A DNA stretch of 61,864 bases, filler included, from Collodictyon triciliatum (GCA_043381765.1; 5 parts of 5 records of this genome joined end to end with filler, not necessarily neighbours in it), one strand, 5' to 3'; shown: positions 12,829 to 28,327, counted from the whole stretch's first letter. Numbers and translations: made by a program. The notes: a model not told the origin generated them from the letters alone.

Positions 12829-15800
12829 AATATTAACATATTGGCTTTATCCGAGTCATCTACTTTATACTCTAAAACTACAGCAACACACACAAATATA
12901 TGATAGTGTAAATTCTATGCATAGTTAGAGAAAGCTCACACCGAGTTAAAGAAAATGTACGTTGCTGCTTCTGCAGAAAGAGAAAAAGATGGAAGTGACG
13001 CCTTGACTTTTACTTTGAAGTCACTGCAGGACGAAACGGAGCAAATGCTAAAAGGTTTCACAAGTCATCTACATTCAGTACATACATATATATTTAAGTA
13101 GACGATGATTTTACTCATCGTCTCAATATTATATATAAACTCATTTGTGTAATTTCAATTACTCTTTGTAACAGTCTACTCATAGGCATATTATATCAAA
13201 GTAATTTTCTTTTTCCTTTTCGCCTCTCAAATTATCAAATAAATGTTATTAATAACTTTTCCTTTTATACATGTAATTCAGGAGGAAATTATATGCTGAC
13301 GTCCAATCAGGGATTAATGGAACAAAGAATCAAAATGTTAGAAGCATCCCTAGGTGAAGCCATGAGGATGTACCAGGATTCACAAAAGAATTTTCAGGAT
13401 TATAAGTAACAACCCCTTTTAAGTGTTCAAGTATTTCGTTGTGTAAAGTTCCTCAAATACATTTTTATGTAAATAAATAAGTCAATGAATCATCATCAAC
13501 ATCACCAACAAAAAGAAAAAAGAAAATGCATACTTAAATACGCACTGTGAATATATAATTATATACAATAAATTCAACTCACTGGAGCTAAATAAAAGAT
13601 TTCTTCACCACCCCTATGTATCTATTTGTTACTAGCTAGAATTTCTACTATCATTCATACATCGCGGCAGGTTCTGATTGTTACATTATATTAGGGAGTC
13701 CAGCGAAACCGCGTTGATTGCATACAAAAGTAAAATCGAAGATTTAATTGCGGGAAATGAATCCCTCTCTACTGTTGAATCCGAGCAAAGAACTGAGCTA
13801 AAAAGAGTCCGCATGCAAATAGCCCATTTATTTGAGGATAACAAAAATTTAGCAGCAGAACTACAGGACCTCTTAAAACTATCTGGTTTGTTTTGTTAAA
13901 CGACTGTCGCAGTTGTTGGAAAGTCTATTCGGGTTTAGCCATAGATTATCATTAAACATCGATAATATTTATGTAGGTGATTTGCAAACATACCTCGATA
14001 CACTAAGTGCTGATCTGATACACATGACACAAGAGCGTGACCGTTTGATGGAAATCACGCATGAAAAAGAAAAAGAAATAGTCGATTTGGCCCATGTATA
14101 TACTGCTTTATTTTTATTTATTTTATTCTGCTTATTTTTTTTAACCGTAATGCTTCTTTGCATGATCGATAACGATGTTATTCCTTTATTATTTGAAACG
14201 GAATAGATTCAGCGACAGGTTGTCGAAATGGTTGAAAGTGACCAACTCCGAAATGCTCAGACCATTACAGATGTCTGTTATAATCGTATTGTGATTGTCA
14301 TTGTCATTGTCATTGTCATTGTCATTGTCATTGTCATTGTCATTGTCATTGTCATTGTCATTGTCATTGTCATTGTCATTGTCATTGTCATTGTCATTGT
14401 CATTACCATCATTTATATTCTGTAAATATAGCTCTCAGTTACCTTCAATGAAATTAACCTACAAGTGTTCTACAGGTTCATCAAGAAATTGATAATCTGA
14501 GAATTGAAAATGAAAGGCTTCAAGTAGAAGTGTCCAGTCAGAAAGATAGACTGGAAATGGCCAACTCAAATATGGTGAAATTGGAGGGAGCTAGGTTCTC
14601 TGCCGTTGCTACATGTCAAGCATTACGGTAGTGTGATAAAATCATGTAAAAGACAAAAGAAAAGATAAAATCATATCCATAGTTAAGTCTTATAAATGAT
14701 AATCCTAATTGTGAAAATGAATTAATTATATAACTATCAATAATTCGAAAATAGATATGTCAATTATGACCATATTTCACCTTACCATGTATTGCTGTGC
14801 ATACAAATGATGAGTTTTTATTTTTAATGTTTTTGTAACACTTTATCATTCATTCCTATGAATATAACTAGGAACGAACTGATGCCTCTTCGCCAAGAAA
14901 ATGATCGTCTAAAGGATGAAATCGAGGAACTTCAACAAAAGATCAAAATACAAACAAAGCCGACCTCGTCTGAACTTCCCTTGCAAAATCCTGCTGCAAT
15001 AGGTTGTATATTTGTGACGGATTGTCATCCTACGTTATCATATTTCGACAAGGTTCAGAAAAATAATTTTGTAATTCATAATAGAGTCACTTAAGAGCGA
15101 AAAAGAAAGCATGCAGCGAGTTCTTGATACTACAAATGACCTTTTAAGGGAAGCCACATCCAATCGAGCGAAACTTGAACTAGAAAACAACCAATTACGC
15201 AAAAAATTAGACGATGAAGCCTCCAACCACAGTTTGGTGTTATCTAAGCTACTCCAAATATCAAAATTATCTTATCAAGACGTACCTGAAGTCATAGGCT
15301 CAGTATGCTATCCATTTATAAGTTTTTGTCTTCGGCATTTCATCTATTCAATAATTTGCATTTGTATTATCCTTTCATATTCATTTTCCTCCTTTGTTGT
15401 CTTTTCTTTTTCTTGTATTTATATATATATATTATTACCTTGTATCTTTCTATTTGGTTTCTTGGTTTCTTGGTTTCTTGGTTTCTTGGTTTCTTGGTTT
15501 CTTGGTTTCTTGGTTTCTTGGTTTCTTGGTTTCTTGGTTTCTTGGTTTCTTGGTTTATTGTCATTTGTCTCTTTTGTCTTTTTATAAATCAATATTTTTT
15601 TCACTACGATTCTGAACCTATGTTGTATTTTTTCAGAGTCAAACACCGGACGAGGATGGATCGACAGATATATTCTCTTTCAAGGAAAGTGACATTATTG
15701 CAGCAAGCTCAGCTGTTGGTGATATCTTAAAAGTATGGAAATCTATTCATCTTCAAAGAAAGAAATTATCAAGAGACAGGCAAAAGCTGATGGTTGCATT

Positions 15801-17505
15801 GACAGAAATGGCTGCACGAGAAAAAAAACTGGTCATTTCCTTTCCACTCATTCTCCTAGCCCTATATCCATATATTTAGAGCGCTCCATCGTTTTATTAT
15901 CGTCCTAGCCTCTTATCACTTTCATTTTGTGGGAGATTTTCTTCCTATGGTCTGATGCATTCCGATATGATTTAGCAAGCGCATATGCAATCCATCTCAC
16001 AAGCAAAAGAGCAATCTTTGCAGGTCCGTCACCCGATAAATACATATAAACAAATATGATAAATGAAGAAATTAGAAAACAAGCTTATTTTTTTTCTCGC
16101 ACATATTCTTTACTGACTGAGTTGTACTGAAGATTACTATCATATTATTATGATTAATATTACTATTACGATTGCGGTTACTATTTTGCAGAAGCTGGAG
16201 AATCTTCGAGTGACCACGCAAGCATCTTCATCTGCATTGGCAGAGACAAACACCAAACTAGAAGCCCAGAACAAGTTCATTGAAGCGTTGGAATCCAAAT
16301 TTCAAACCACTAACGATGAACTATCAAAGATGAAGGCGCTCAACGAAACTCTGAGGTCGAGTCTGGACATTTCTCAACAAGTTGCTGCAAAGGTGCAGGA
16401 GGAGTACCAAAAATCTGTGAGAGACTTGGAGGAGAGCCGAAGCGAGACCACCACTCTGCAGAGTGAGATTGCTCAGCACCGGGCGCAAGTCCAAAGCCTG
16501 AGTGGCGAACTCGAGTCTGCCCGCAAAAGCCTCGCTTCCATGCAAAGTATGCAAACAGAGATAAACGAGACGCTTGGGGTCTCCTTGAAGTCGAAAAACA
16601 CGTTTGCGCGCAAAATTAGCAGCATGCAGGCCAGGATGGACCAGCTGGAGGAAGAGAACAAGTCGCTGCATGCAAAGTATGAAGAAGAGGTGCAAAGGAG
16701 GCAGTTCCAGCATCAGCAGTACCAGCAGCAGATCCACACGCAACACCAATGGTCTGCACATCCAGGGTCTAGCCTTCACGGGGCTGCAGGGAGCGTTCAG
16801 AGCACCTCATACTCTGTTGGACGCGGGGACTCGTTTGGGCTCAGGCTGCGGCCAGAAACATCCCGCTCGCGACCAGAGGTAGCAACAGAGGCTAATGGGC
16901 TCGCGACAGGCCATGACGTTCTGCGGTCCTCGCACCAAAGCACCCACCCAAACCTCACCCTCAATCTCAATGCAAGCTCCATCTCCCGTGCCAGCCCCTC
17001 TGCAGACCGCTCGCACCTAGACTCTGCGAGATTGCTCCTGGAAAGCCTGGAGCCGCGGAAACGGCCGCTGGCCCAGCAGGCGAGTGTGGCTTCTTCGCTG
17101 AACACTTTGTCCTCGGCCGGGTTGTTCACGGAGAGAGACCTGGATGAAGGCTACGACCCTGACGAGGCTGTTGGAGATGGGCTGCAGCCGGAGGACGTTG
17201 CGGGGCCCGCAGGCAGCTTCATGGCTGATGATGACGCAGCTCAGCTTGCGGATGGGCGTTTCCCAAGCCCCAGCCAGACCTCAGCAAGGGCTCTGTTCCC
17301 ACCAGAGCGAGGCAGTCTCGCGGCCAGATATGCGCGCATCCCGGAGTCCAGACTGGCCTTCGACCAACGGCACGGCGCCCAGGTTGTCCGACCCGCTGGT
17401 CTACATCCGCATCACCCGGGTCACCAGACCTCGCTGTCCTCCTCCGCTAGGATACAGGACTTGCGTGAGCGCCTGCAATCTATCTCCGAGCGCAAACACA
17501 GCTGA
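8308..17505 (+). CDS. Large multi-exon coiled-coil protein, uncharacterised
   Basis: Chain of GT-AG-bounded exons rich in E/K/Q/L heptads, including the large exons at ~11390-12754 and ~16193-17505. The likely start is MARKQVPSLQEG at 8308. No family motif recognised. One N gap lies inside. Confidence 0.75.
8638..8770 (+). repeat. Compound (AAAAC/AAAAG) intronic repeat
   Basis: Directly visible. Confidence 0.9.
14296..14404 (+). repeat. (GTCATT)n intronic microsatellite
   Basis: Directly visible. Confidence 0.95.
15452..15555 (+). repeat. (TTCTTGGT)n intronic 8-mer repeat
   Basis: Directly visible. Confidence 0.95.
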
Positions 17506-17694
17506 CGGGTCTGCCTCTTCTCTACGTCTTGCTCAATGGAAACGCGCCTCTGTGGTAGCCACAAAAAGGATAAATAAATGAATAACATATGATAATCTTG
17601 ATAACATTTTTTCCCTTTATTTGATTCAAAGATAATCTTAGTAATAATAAATGGAGATAATACGAAGTTCATCTGGATAGAGGGAATTAGAACA

Positions 17695-17695
17695 A

Positions 17696-17733
<38 letters not shown>

Positions 17734-17830
17734 ACAAACAAACAAACAAACAAACAAACAAACAAACAAACAAACAAACAAACAAACAAACAAACAAACA
17801 AACAAACAAACAAACAAACACACAAACACA
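17695..17830 (+). repeat. (AAGC)n(AAAC)n intergenic microsatellite
   Basis: Directly visible. Confidence 0.95.
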
Positions 17831-17946
17831 CAAACAAATAAATAAATAAACACACAAGCAAACACACAAGCACTTAAGGTCAAAGAAGCGAGCGATAGGC
17901 ACGGTTGAAAATGTAATATCTATGATTAGTTGGGAATATAAGCCGA

Positions 17947-18684
17947 ATGTCTCGGTCAGAGAACCTGTGTTTCAACTGCGGTGAGGTAGGCCATTGGGGA
18001 ACGCATTGCCCTCTCACGCAAGATTCGGCAGCCAACCGCGTCATTTTTGAGGGTGTTGAAGCCTTCTGAAGGTTTTTTTTTTCTCTTCTCCATATGTCTT
18101 CCGTTCTTTCTTCAAGTCATCCCACTTTACCTATGGAGTCCATTTATTTGCTTGGGTTTAACATGACTTTTTCCTTTGCCAAACGCCACAAGTTATTTTA
18201 TTTTTGAAGGTTTTTCTATATTTCCCCCCCTTTTTCGCTGGTGGCCTGGTTCCTTTCCCTAGATTTATTGTTTCCACCATTTACGTACTTTTTTTTATTG
18301 ACAAAGTTGCTTACTTATGTGACTATTCCAGTATTACAATCCGACTCCAGTAAAACTGAGGCAAACGCCCAGCAAGCGAAGGTTTTTATATGTAGAATCA
18401 GCACTTGTGGAACAGTTTCCTTTTTCCCAAAGCACATCAATGAACCAAAATGTATCCATTCGCCGCAAAAATAAATAATCTTGATTTGTCGCTTATCAAA
18501 ATTTTTTCGTTTCACCTTATTTTTTTACGCATAATTGTTTCGACTAAAGTAGAATGCTTGGCGCCGCCTTTCATGGCACGCTTAAATGATATCTACCAAA
18601 CCACACACATAGGCCAACGATTCACGTGGCGATGAGGATGTACGGAAGTCAAAATGGGGTAAACTTAAGACTACGCTGATGACT
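17947..18684 (+). mobile_element. Decayed LINE relic: ORF1-type CCHC zinc knuckle followed by APE endonuclease remnant, cut by a contig end
   Basis: 17947-18069 encodes MSRSENLCFNCGEVGHWGTHCP... (C-x2-C-x4-H-x4-C). ~18580-18632 encodes LNDIYQTTHIGQRFTWR*, resembling the LINE endonuclease L-x-D-x-W/Y...F/Y-T-W block. Stops lie between them. Confidence 0.55.
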
Positions 18685-18784
18685 NNNNNNNNNNNNNNNN
18701 NNNNNNNNNNNNNNNNNNNNNNNNNNNNTTAATTAATTAANNNNNNNNNNNNNNNNNNNNNNNNNNNNNNNNNNNNNNNNNNNN
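18685..18784. other. Artificial contig-joining linker (N44-TTAATTAATTAA-N44)
   Basis: The same 12-mer, with stops in all six frames, flanked by N runs, also occurs at 31858, 37923 and 58228. Confidence 0.95.
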
Positions 18785-18825
18785 AAAACAAAAAAAAAAC
18801 AAAAAAACAAAAAAAACAAAAAAAA

Positions 18826-18920
<95 letters not shown>

Positions 18921-19151
18921 AAAAAAAAAAACCAAAAAACCAAAAAACCAAAAAACCAAAAAACCAAAAAAACACCACGCAAAAAGACATGACGCGAAGA
19001 AGAAAAAAAAACACATCCCTATCAACACCGCTTCCAATAGCACTATACTAGGCAAACACATCTTATGAAAACACCACAACATAACACGTAGCCACTTACA
19101 CTAGAGATCCTCCCTCGGGGCAACATCAGCAATAGGGCCCGTGTTGAGCAT

Positions 19152-22100
19152 ATGAGTGGCTCTGGATATGCACTCGGGTTGGATTCCAGCACACAATCGC
19201 TCAAGGCGACCGTCGTAGATGCGGAGACTTTTTCTGTTATTGCAGAAACTGCTGTTGTCTTTGACCAGGAGCTTCCGCATTACGCAACTTCCGGAGGAGT
19301 CCATCGTTCCACCGGCTGCGTACGATTTCCGCTAAAATGAATTTGCTATACACGAAAAAGAAAAAAAGGAAAAGGAAAAGAAAAACTTTAATACCAATTG
19401 CAGACGTTAAGTGATCATGACGGAAGGGAAAACATGTCACCTCCTTTTTTTTTTTTTTTTTTTTTTGTTTTTTNNNNNNNNNNNNNNNNNNNNNNNNNNN
19501 NNNNNNNNNNNNNNNNNNNNNNNNNNNNNNNNNNNNNNNNNNNNNNNNNNNNNNNNNNNNNNNNNNNNNNNNNAAAGAAAAAAAAAAAAAAGAAAAAAAA
19601 AAAAATAAAAAAAAATAGAGAAAAAAAAAAAAATTTTTTGGAGGGGGAAAATGTTGCCCCCTTTTTTTTTTTTTTTTTTTTTTGGTTCTTCGTCATTACG
19701 TCAAATGACCCAATGCCGGGGTATATACCCATGAGCACATAAGGGTTAAGCCTTTTCTTTTCTCAAACTTATTATATTTTCTCCTCCTTCAAATAGGATG
19801 GCAAACGCCTTGGCACAGCAACTTCTCCAGTAATCATGTGGGTCGAAGCTACCGAGTTGCTTCTTGGCAAACTTCAAGCACTGTGCGAGTTGAGCAAAGT
19901 ATTTTCTCTCCGCATATTTATAGTATTAATTTAAGATAGCTATAGAATGAGCAATATATAGATCAAATGTCTTTCATAAGTAATCACTTTGTAGTATGAA
20001 ATTTTGCCATTTTACGTATAACTGATTCACATGATCTTAGTTGGAAAGCCTTATTTTTCATAAGAGAAATGAATGCCACTTGTATTCTATTGTGATTATC
20101 TCATGAGAAATGGGGGGTTTTAAAGGTGGTGTCTATCTCCGGATCTGGACAGCAGCACGGATCTGTGTATTGGAAGAAAGGAGCAGAGTGTGTTCTTTCC
20201 ACATTGGATCCGAGCTTAACAATGTCCGAGCAATTAAAAGGTATCACATGAATGATTTTGGAGTGGAATATAAAACTTAAGTTTTTTTTTTTGGAAGAAA
20301 AAAGTATTTTATGTTCCCGAAAATGTTCTGAATGTGCATTATATTATTTTTATTTTATCTGTCAAAGTTAATGCCCTTTCTTCATTTTGTTCAATACGGT
20401 GTGAAACTATGTGACACAGTTGTTTTCATAAGAGCATTTGTATTTGATTAAATTAAAGACCGATATCTTAAACCATAAGAGGTGTTTTCAATTTATGACA
20501 GTCCAATATGGATGGATGACAGCACAGGTGAAGAATGCAATCAATTCGATCAAGCTCTAGAAGGGCAACAGGTATTATCCTTTCCAACAATTATTTTGCA
20601 TTCGAGCCTTTCCCCCAAATTTAAATCGAAACTCTCTATATAGAATTAATTATGAAAAGAAATTAATTTGACTATTTAATTGTTTTCCTTGAAGGCTCTC
20701 GCTAATTTAACAGGTTCAAGAGCTTACCATCGATTCACAGGTAAAAAATAAATAAATTAATCAATCAATACTATCAATATACTCTAAAATTTTCGAATAG
20801 GCTATAGTGAGATAATCTCATCTCATCTCATCTCATCTCATCTCATCTCATCTCATCTCATCTCATCTCATCTCATCTCATCTCATCTCATCTCATCTCA
20901 TCTCATCTCATCTCNNNNNNNNNNNNNNNNNNNNNNNNNNNNNNNNNNNNNNNNNNNNNNNNNNNNNNNNNNNNNNNNNNNNNNNNNNNNNNNNNNNNNN
21001 NNNNNNNNNNNNNNTTCATCTCATTTCATCTCATTTCATCTCATTTCATCTCATTTCATCTCATTTCATCTCATTTCATCTCATTTCATCTCATTTCATC
21101 TCATTTCATCTCATTTCATCTCTTCTCACTCTTCTCACTCTTCTTGGGTTTAAATACTGACTAACATTTGTGCCCTTTCAAAAAACAGGACCGCAAATAC
21201 TGAAAGTGAAAAAGTTACACCCCTTCAAATACGAAGCGACCGAAAGAATTTCACTTGTGAGTTCGTTTATGTGTTCCTTATTCTGTGGAAAGTACGCACC
21301 TATTGATTGGGCTGACGGATCTGGAATGAACTTGATGAACATCAGTAAGAAAGAATGGGACAACGAGCTTCTTGGAAGACTGAACTTAACGTGAGTAGTT
21401 TATTGTGCCAGTTTTATAATCTCGCCGGTCTACCCTCCGCATGTGTCATGATGGTATGTGTTTGAGTCATATATCCGTGCATAAAATGAGCCATGCTTGC
21501 AGAGAGCTTCATAGGTTGCTCGGGCTGCCTGTTTCGTCTCAAACTGTAGTTGGCACAATATCTTCTTACATGCAAAAGAGATTTGGATTCCAGCGAGAGT
21601 GTATCGTTTCTGTTTTTTCCGGTGATAACCCAAATAGGTGAATATTTTCAATTGGTCATATAACTGTAAAGCCTATCTTCCTTTNNNNNNNNNNNNNNNN
21701 NNNNNNNNNNNNNNNNNNNNNNNNNNNNNNNNNNNNNNNNNNNNNNNNNNNNNNNNNNNNNNNNNNNNNNNNNNNNNNNNNNNNNNNNNNNNNNNNNNNN
21801 NNNNNNNNNNNNNNNNNNNNNNNNNNNNNNNNNNNNNNNNNNNNNNNNNNNNNNNNNNNNNNNNNNNNNNNNNNNNNNNNNNNNNNNNNNNNNNNNNNNN
21901 NNNNNNNNNNNNNNNNNNNNNNNNNNNNNNNNNNNNNNNNNNNNNNNNNNNNNNNNNNNNNNNNNNNNNNNNNNNNNNNNNNNNNNNNNNNNNNNNNNNN
22001 NNNNNNNNNNNNNNNNNNNNNNNNNNNNNNNNNNNNNNNNNNNNNNNNNNNNNNNNNNNNNNNNNNNNNNTGTGTGTGTGTGTGCGTGCGGAGCAGAATC

Positions 22101-23980
22101 CTGGAAGACCCGGAACCAAAATCAGAGGGACACATCATGTGCAGTCCCATAGATGACGAAACATACATGGCCATGGTTGTCTTCAAAAATGGCTCGCTTA
22201 CTAGAGAATTTATTAGAGATAAGGTAACCAAATACACCAGCGGTAATCATATTGCTAATAGTATGATCATTTCCTTGATTTATTATTTTCACAATTTGTT
22301 GCTGCGATAATTTTTTCATACAAATTAAGGTAGATAATAAAAAATTTTTCTTTAAAAGTAGTATTCAGAGAAAAGCTGGGATTTATTCAATCAACACCTT
22401 TTGGATACCGCACCTGGTTAGATTTTAATATGTTCTCCGAATATGATTCCATTGTCAATGGCCCGAGATTCCTATCGATAAAATATGAAAGAACTTCATT
22501 TATGCATAATAAGTAAAGAGCCGAATGAATATTCTGCCTTTTTAACAGTTCGATTGGTCTGTATCTAGGTAATAATGGAACTACGGGCTTATTTTATATT
22601 GAACCTGAAATAACTCCGACGGTTTCAACTACTGGAATATTCATTTATGATAATGTTCGTCAATTTTTAGATACCCTCTCTACATATCACGAGAAAGGAT
22701 TGCCCCAGGTTGGTACTAAAAATACCTTCTTATACTTCAATTATATAGGATATGAATCTCTTACGTGAGGTCCATCCAAGTCAAATTGTAAGAGCCCTGG
22801 TTGAGTCCCAAGCAGTAGCTATGAAAAGCCATTCACAAAAGTTGGGGTATGGATATTTCCCCTTAATTTATGAAATATACCTTTTGACTATTTCTATTCC
22901 AAGCAATTGTTAAATCTAGTTTGAGCCCCAAACGACTATTTCTTACTGGCGGGGCCTCTGTCAACCCTGTTTTGTCACAGATTATAGGTAAATTACATTA
23001 CATTGTGCCAACCATATAGCATTTCATGAATAACCTACTCAGTCAACAATATTTACCCCATAAGGGAGAAAAAAGGCATTAGAAAAAAGATAAAGGAAAT
23101 ATTAATAGAAGAAAACATACTGTTCATGTCAAATATATTGATTATTATGTTGTATAACAAGCGAACACTGTATAATTCATGTTCACAGAGTCAATTTCTC
23201 ATTCTTTTCCATTCTTTTCCATTCTTTTCCATTCTTTTCCATTCTTTTCCATTCTTTTCCATTCTTTTCCATTCTTTTCCATTCTTTTCCATTCTTTTCC
23301 ATTCTTTCCAACTCTTTGATTGTTTTTGTGATTATTTATCATTACCACCGCTATTATTAATGCTATGTTATGTTCTTACAAACAACTAGTCGATGTTTTT
23401 GGTGTCGAATCATTCGTTATCAAAGACCAACCAAATTCTGCATCAAGGTGGAATTTATTCTTGTATTCGGCTGGTACACATATTACAGAGTTTTATGATC
23501 GTAGACTAGTAATGTCAAATGATACGGATATTTTTTTAAACGAGTAATTCAAAACTTATGAATCAAATATGTACATGCACAGAGGAGCGGCATATCGCGC
23601 CATCCACTCTTACAAGATGAATGTCAGATTCTTCCAATTCTCCTAAATCAATATTTACCTCAATATTTCCTCAATATTTATTTAAATTTTGTGTGCGCTT
23701 ACATCTCTTTCAAATTTTAAAAAACATACAGTATCCTTAATTCTGTGATCCTAGACCATCTGTTAAGGAGCGCTACTTTTCGAGAATTTTGTAATTTTTT
23801 AATATGATAATAAAAATAATAAAATCATTACAGGTAGCCCAAGCCCGTTTGCCTTTCTCACTCCCGAAAGGTTTGCTTCATCTGCAAGTAATCCATCCAA
23901 ATGCTGGTGCAGCAGTATATGCCCAATTCGTCGAGTCCAGACCCCACCTAGAGAGCATGGTCCTAGCCAAAAATGAATAA
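19152..23980 (+). CDS. XYLB: Xylulokinase (FGGY carbohydrate kinase, eukaryotic XYLB/XKS1 type), multi-exon, some sequence in N gaps
   Basis: Exons encode LGLDSSTQSLK, ISGSGQQHGSVYW, SPIWMDDST, TGSRAYHRFTGPQI, TERISLVSSF, DGSGMNL, FSGDNPNS, FKNGSLTRE, RALVESQ, TGGASVN and GAAYRA, ending in TAA at 23978-23980. Confidence 0.95.
20815..21121 (+). repeat. (TCTCA)n / (TTTCATCTCA)n intronic repeat spanning a gap
   Basis: Directly visible. Confidence 0.9.
23205..23310 (+). repeat. (ATTCTTTTCC)n intronic 10-mer repeat
   Basis: Directly visible. Confidence 0.95.
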
Positions 23981-24134
23981 CTAGAACCACTTGGCAAAAG
24001 TATCGCGTTGATAACATGGAAGCTCCATGAATTTTTTTTTTCTAAAAAAAAGACAAATAAAATAACGAAATTATAAAATAATTAATTGGTATGAGGTATT
24101 AGGAAACCAAAAACGAAACGTGCCTGCCATATCA

Positions 24135-24740
24135 TTTCCTTTATTCGATTCAAAGTGTAGCGAGGTTATGCCATACAAGAGACGAGATAGCTGCGCATGG
24201 TAGAGAGCAAACGCGAGTAGGAGAAGACACTGCTGTGGAGAGGCTGGTACTGGAAAGAAGTCAATGAAGCGAGTTGGTCAGGTGGGCGACCCAACTGGTT
24301 GATTGGCTGCGTGGGTAGCAGGGGTTGAATATGCTGCGGGAGGTATCGCACGACACATTCCCACATCTCTCTTCGCTTGCGGTCAGAGCAGCGAAGAATG
24401 CGGGCGTGTTTCAGCAGGCTGTTCAGGAAGCTGTATTGCACGACGCTTTCCAGCCCGGATACATTGATTTCTCGTTCGGGTGAATCATTGGAGCGAGATA
24501 ATGCATCCACACACTCTATAAGAACCACAGCATGTGTCCCCTTCTGACTGTCCAGAGTATTCTAGAGTCGTGAGTTTTTTGGTAATGTGGGCCAAACAGG
24601 ATGTCAGACGCGCTGAGTCGATTGGGAGCATAATCAAGTTCAGAGAGCATCTTGTGGGTAGCCTCTGTCACTTTTTGAGCAAGAGAGCACTTAACCAATG
24701 TGTGTTCGATAGAGTCATCTCCACTATGGCACATAAACAA
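24135..24740 (-). mobile_element. 5'-truncated non-LTR retrotransposon 3' fragment (ORF2 C-terminal zinc knuckle plus 3' end)
   Basis: Minus strand reads (C/F)MCHSGDDSIEHTLVKCSLAQKV, a CCHC zf-RVT-like motif whose first Cys needs a 1-nt frameshift, then DILFG and LWFL*SVW. It ends in TACACTTTGAATCGAATAAAGGAAA, containing AATAAA. That terminus recurs at 26801-26827. Confidence 0.75.
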
Positions 24741-24754
24741 AATCAAAAAGAAAT

Positions 24755-24826
24755 TTCCGATACCGGGAATCGAACCCGGGTTGTATGGGTGAGAGCCATA
24801 CGTGCTACCGACTACACCATATCGGA
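24755..24826 (-). tRNA. tRNA-Glu (anticodon CUC)
   Basis: TCCGATATGGTGTAGTCGGTAGCACGTATGGCTCTCACCCATACAACCCGGGTTCGATTCCCGGTATCGGAA. It has a 7-bp acceptor stem TCCGATA/TATCGGA, an anticodon arm TATGG-CTCTCAC-CCATA, a T-loop GTTCGATTC and a downstream T-run terminator. Confidence 0.97.
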
Positions 24827-24859
24827 CTTGTTGTTGAAAAGGTGTATATGTATAGATTC

Positions 24860-25133
24860 TATAATTCATTATAGAATATCAGCTTCCTCGGAGTGGTAGA
24901 AAATATCAAAAATATGAAAAAAATGAGAAAAATCAGAAATATATGTATAAGTTGTATAATTCATTATAGAATATCAGCTGCCTCGGAGCGGTAGAAAATA
25001 TCAAAAATATGAAAAAATGAGAAAAATCAGAAACATATGTATAAGTTGTATAATTCATTCTAGAATATCAGCTGCCTCGGAGCGGTAGAAAATATCAAAA
25101 ATATGAAAAAAATGAGAAAAATCAGAAAATATG
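24860..25133. repeat. Minisatellite: ~3 copies of a 94-95 bp unit just upstream of the tRNA
   Basis: Units start at 24860, 24955 and 25049 (TATAATTCATTATAGAATATCAGCTKCCTCGGAGYGGTAGAAAATATC...) with few substitutions. Confidence 0.95.
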
Positions 25134-25529
25134 ACAAGGTAACATTAGGATATAATATAAGGAGTATTTTGATGAAACAATACTAACTAAAAGTATAATA
25201 TAATATGCTTTCATGCTTTGCATTCATAACACGCGCTTATATTTTGGTTCTATATTAGTATTACTATTATTATTGTACTTATGTTACTATACTGTATTTT
25301 TTTATTTATTTATTCAAATGTATGTTATAATCGTTTTTTTAGAAAAAAAATACTCTGTAATCCATTATAGTATGCTTTTTTTTCTTTTTGAATGTCCATT
25401 TTTATCATCTCGCAAAAATTTGCACTCATTACTTAATGTCACCTAAAATCTTTTTGAATATTGCACACAATTACATCATACTTCCTTTGAATGTAACTGG
25501 TTTATCTGAAAAACCACCAACATCTCATC

Positions 25530-27842
<2,313 letters not shown>

Positions 27843-27862
27843 TTAATGTGAGGTATTAGAAG

Positions 27863-28300
<438 letters not shown>

Positions 28301-28327
28301 CCCTTTACTATATTTTCGAAAATTTTT

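Noticed and set aside
18729..18740. Palindromic TTAATTAATTAA repeated four times (also 31858, 37923, 58228)
   Set aside because: It is always centred in 44+44 Ns, so it is an assembly linker. Gene neighbourhoods across it are not biological.
23730..23790. GTATCCTT U12-like donor and an apparent mini-exon with in-frame TAA (stop-codon reassignment?)
   Set aside because: A single GT-AG intron (~23623-23833) gives an in-frame xylulokinase C-terminus. TAA, TAG and TGA all terminate genes in this window.
24860..25133. Possible CRISPR-like array (also the 42-bp array at 51053-52690)
   Set aside because: The units are head-to-tail with no unique spacers, there are no cas genes, and the context is eukaryotic.
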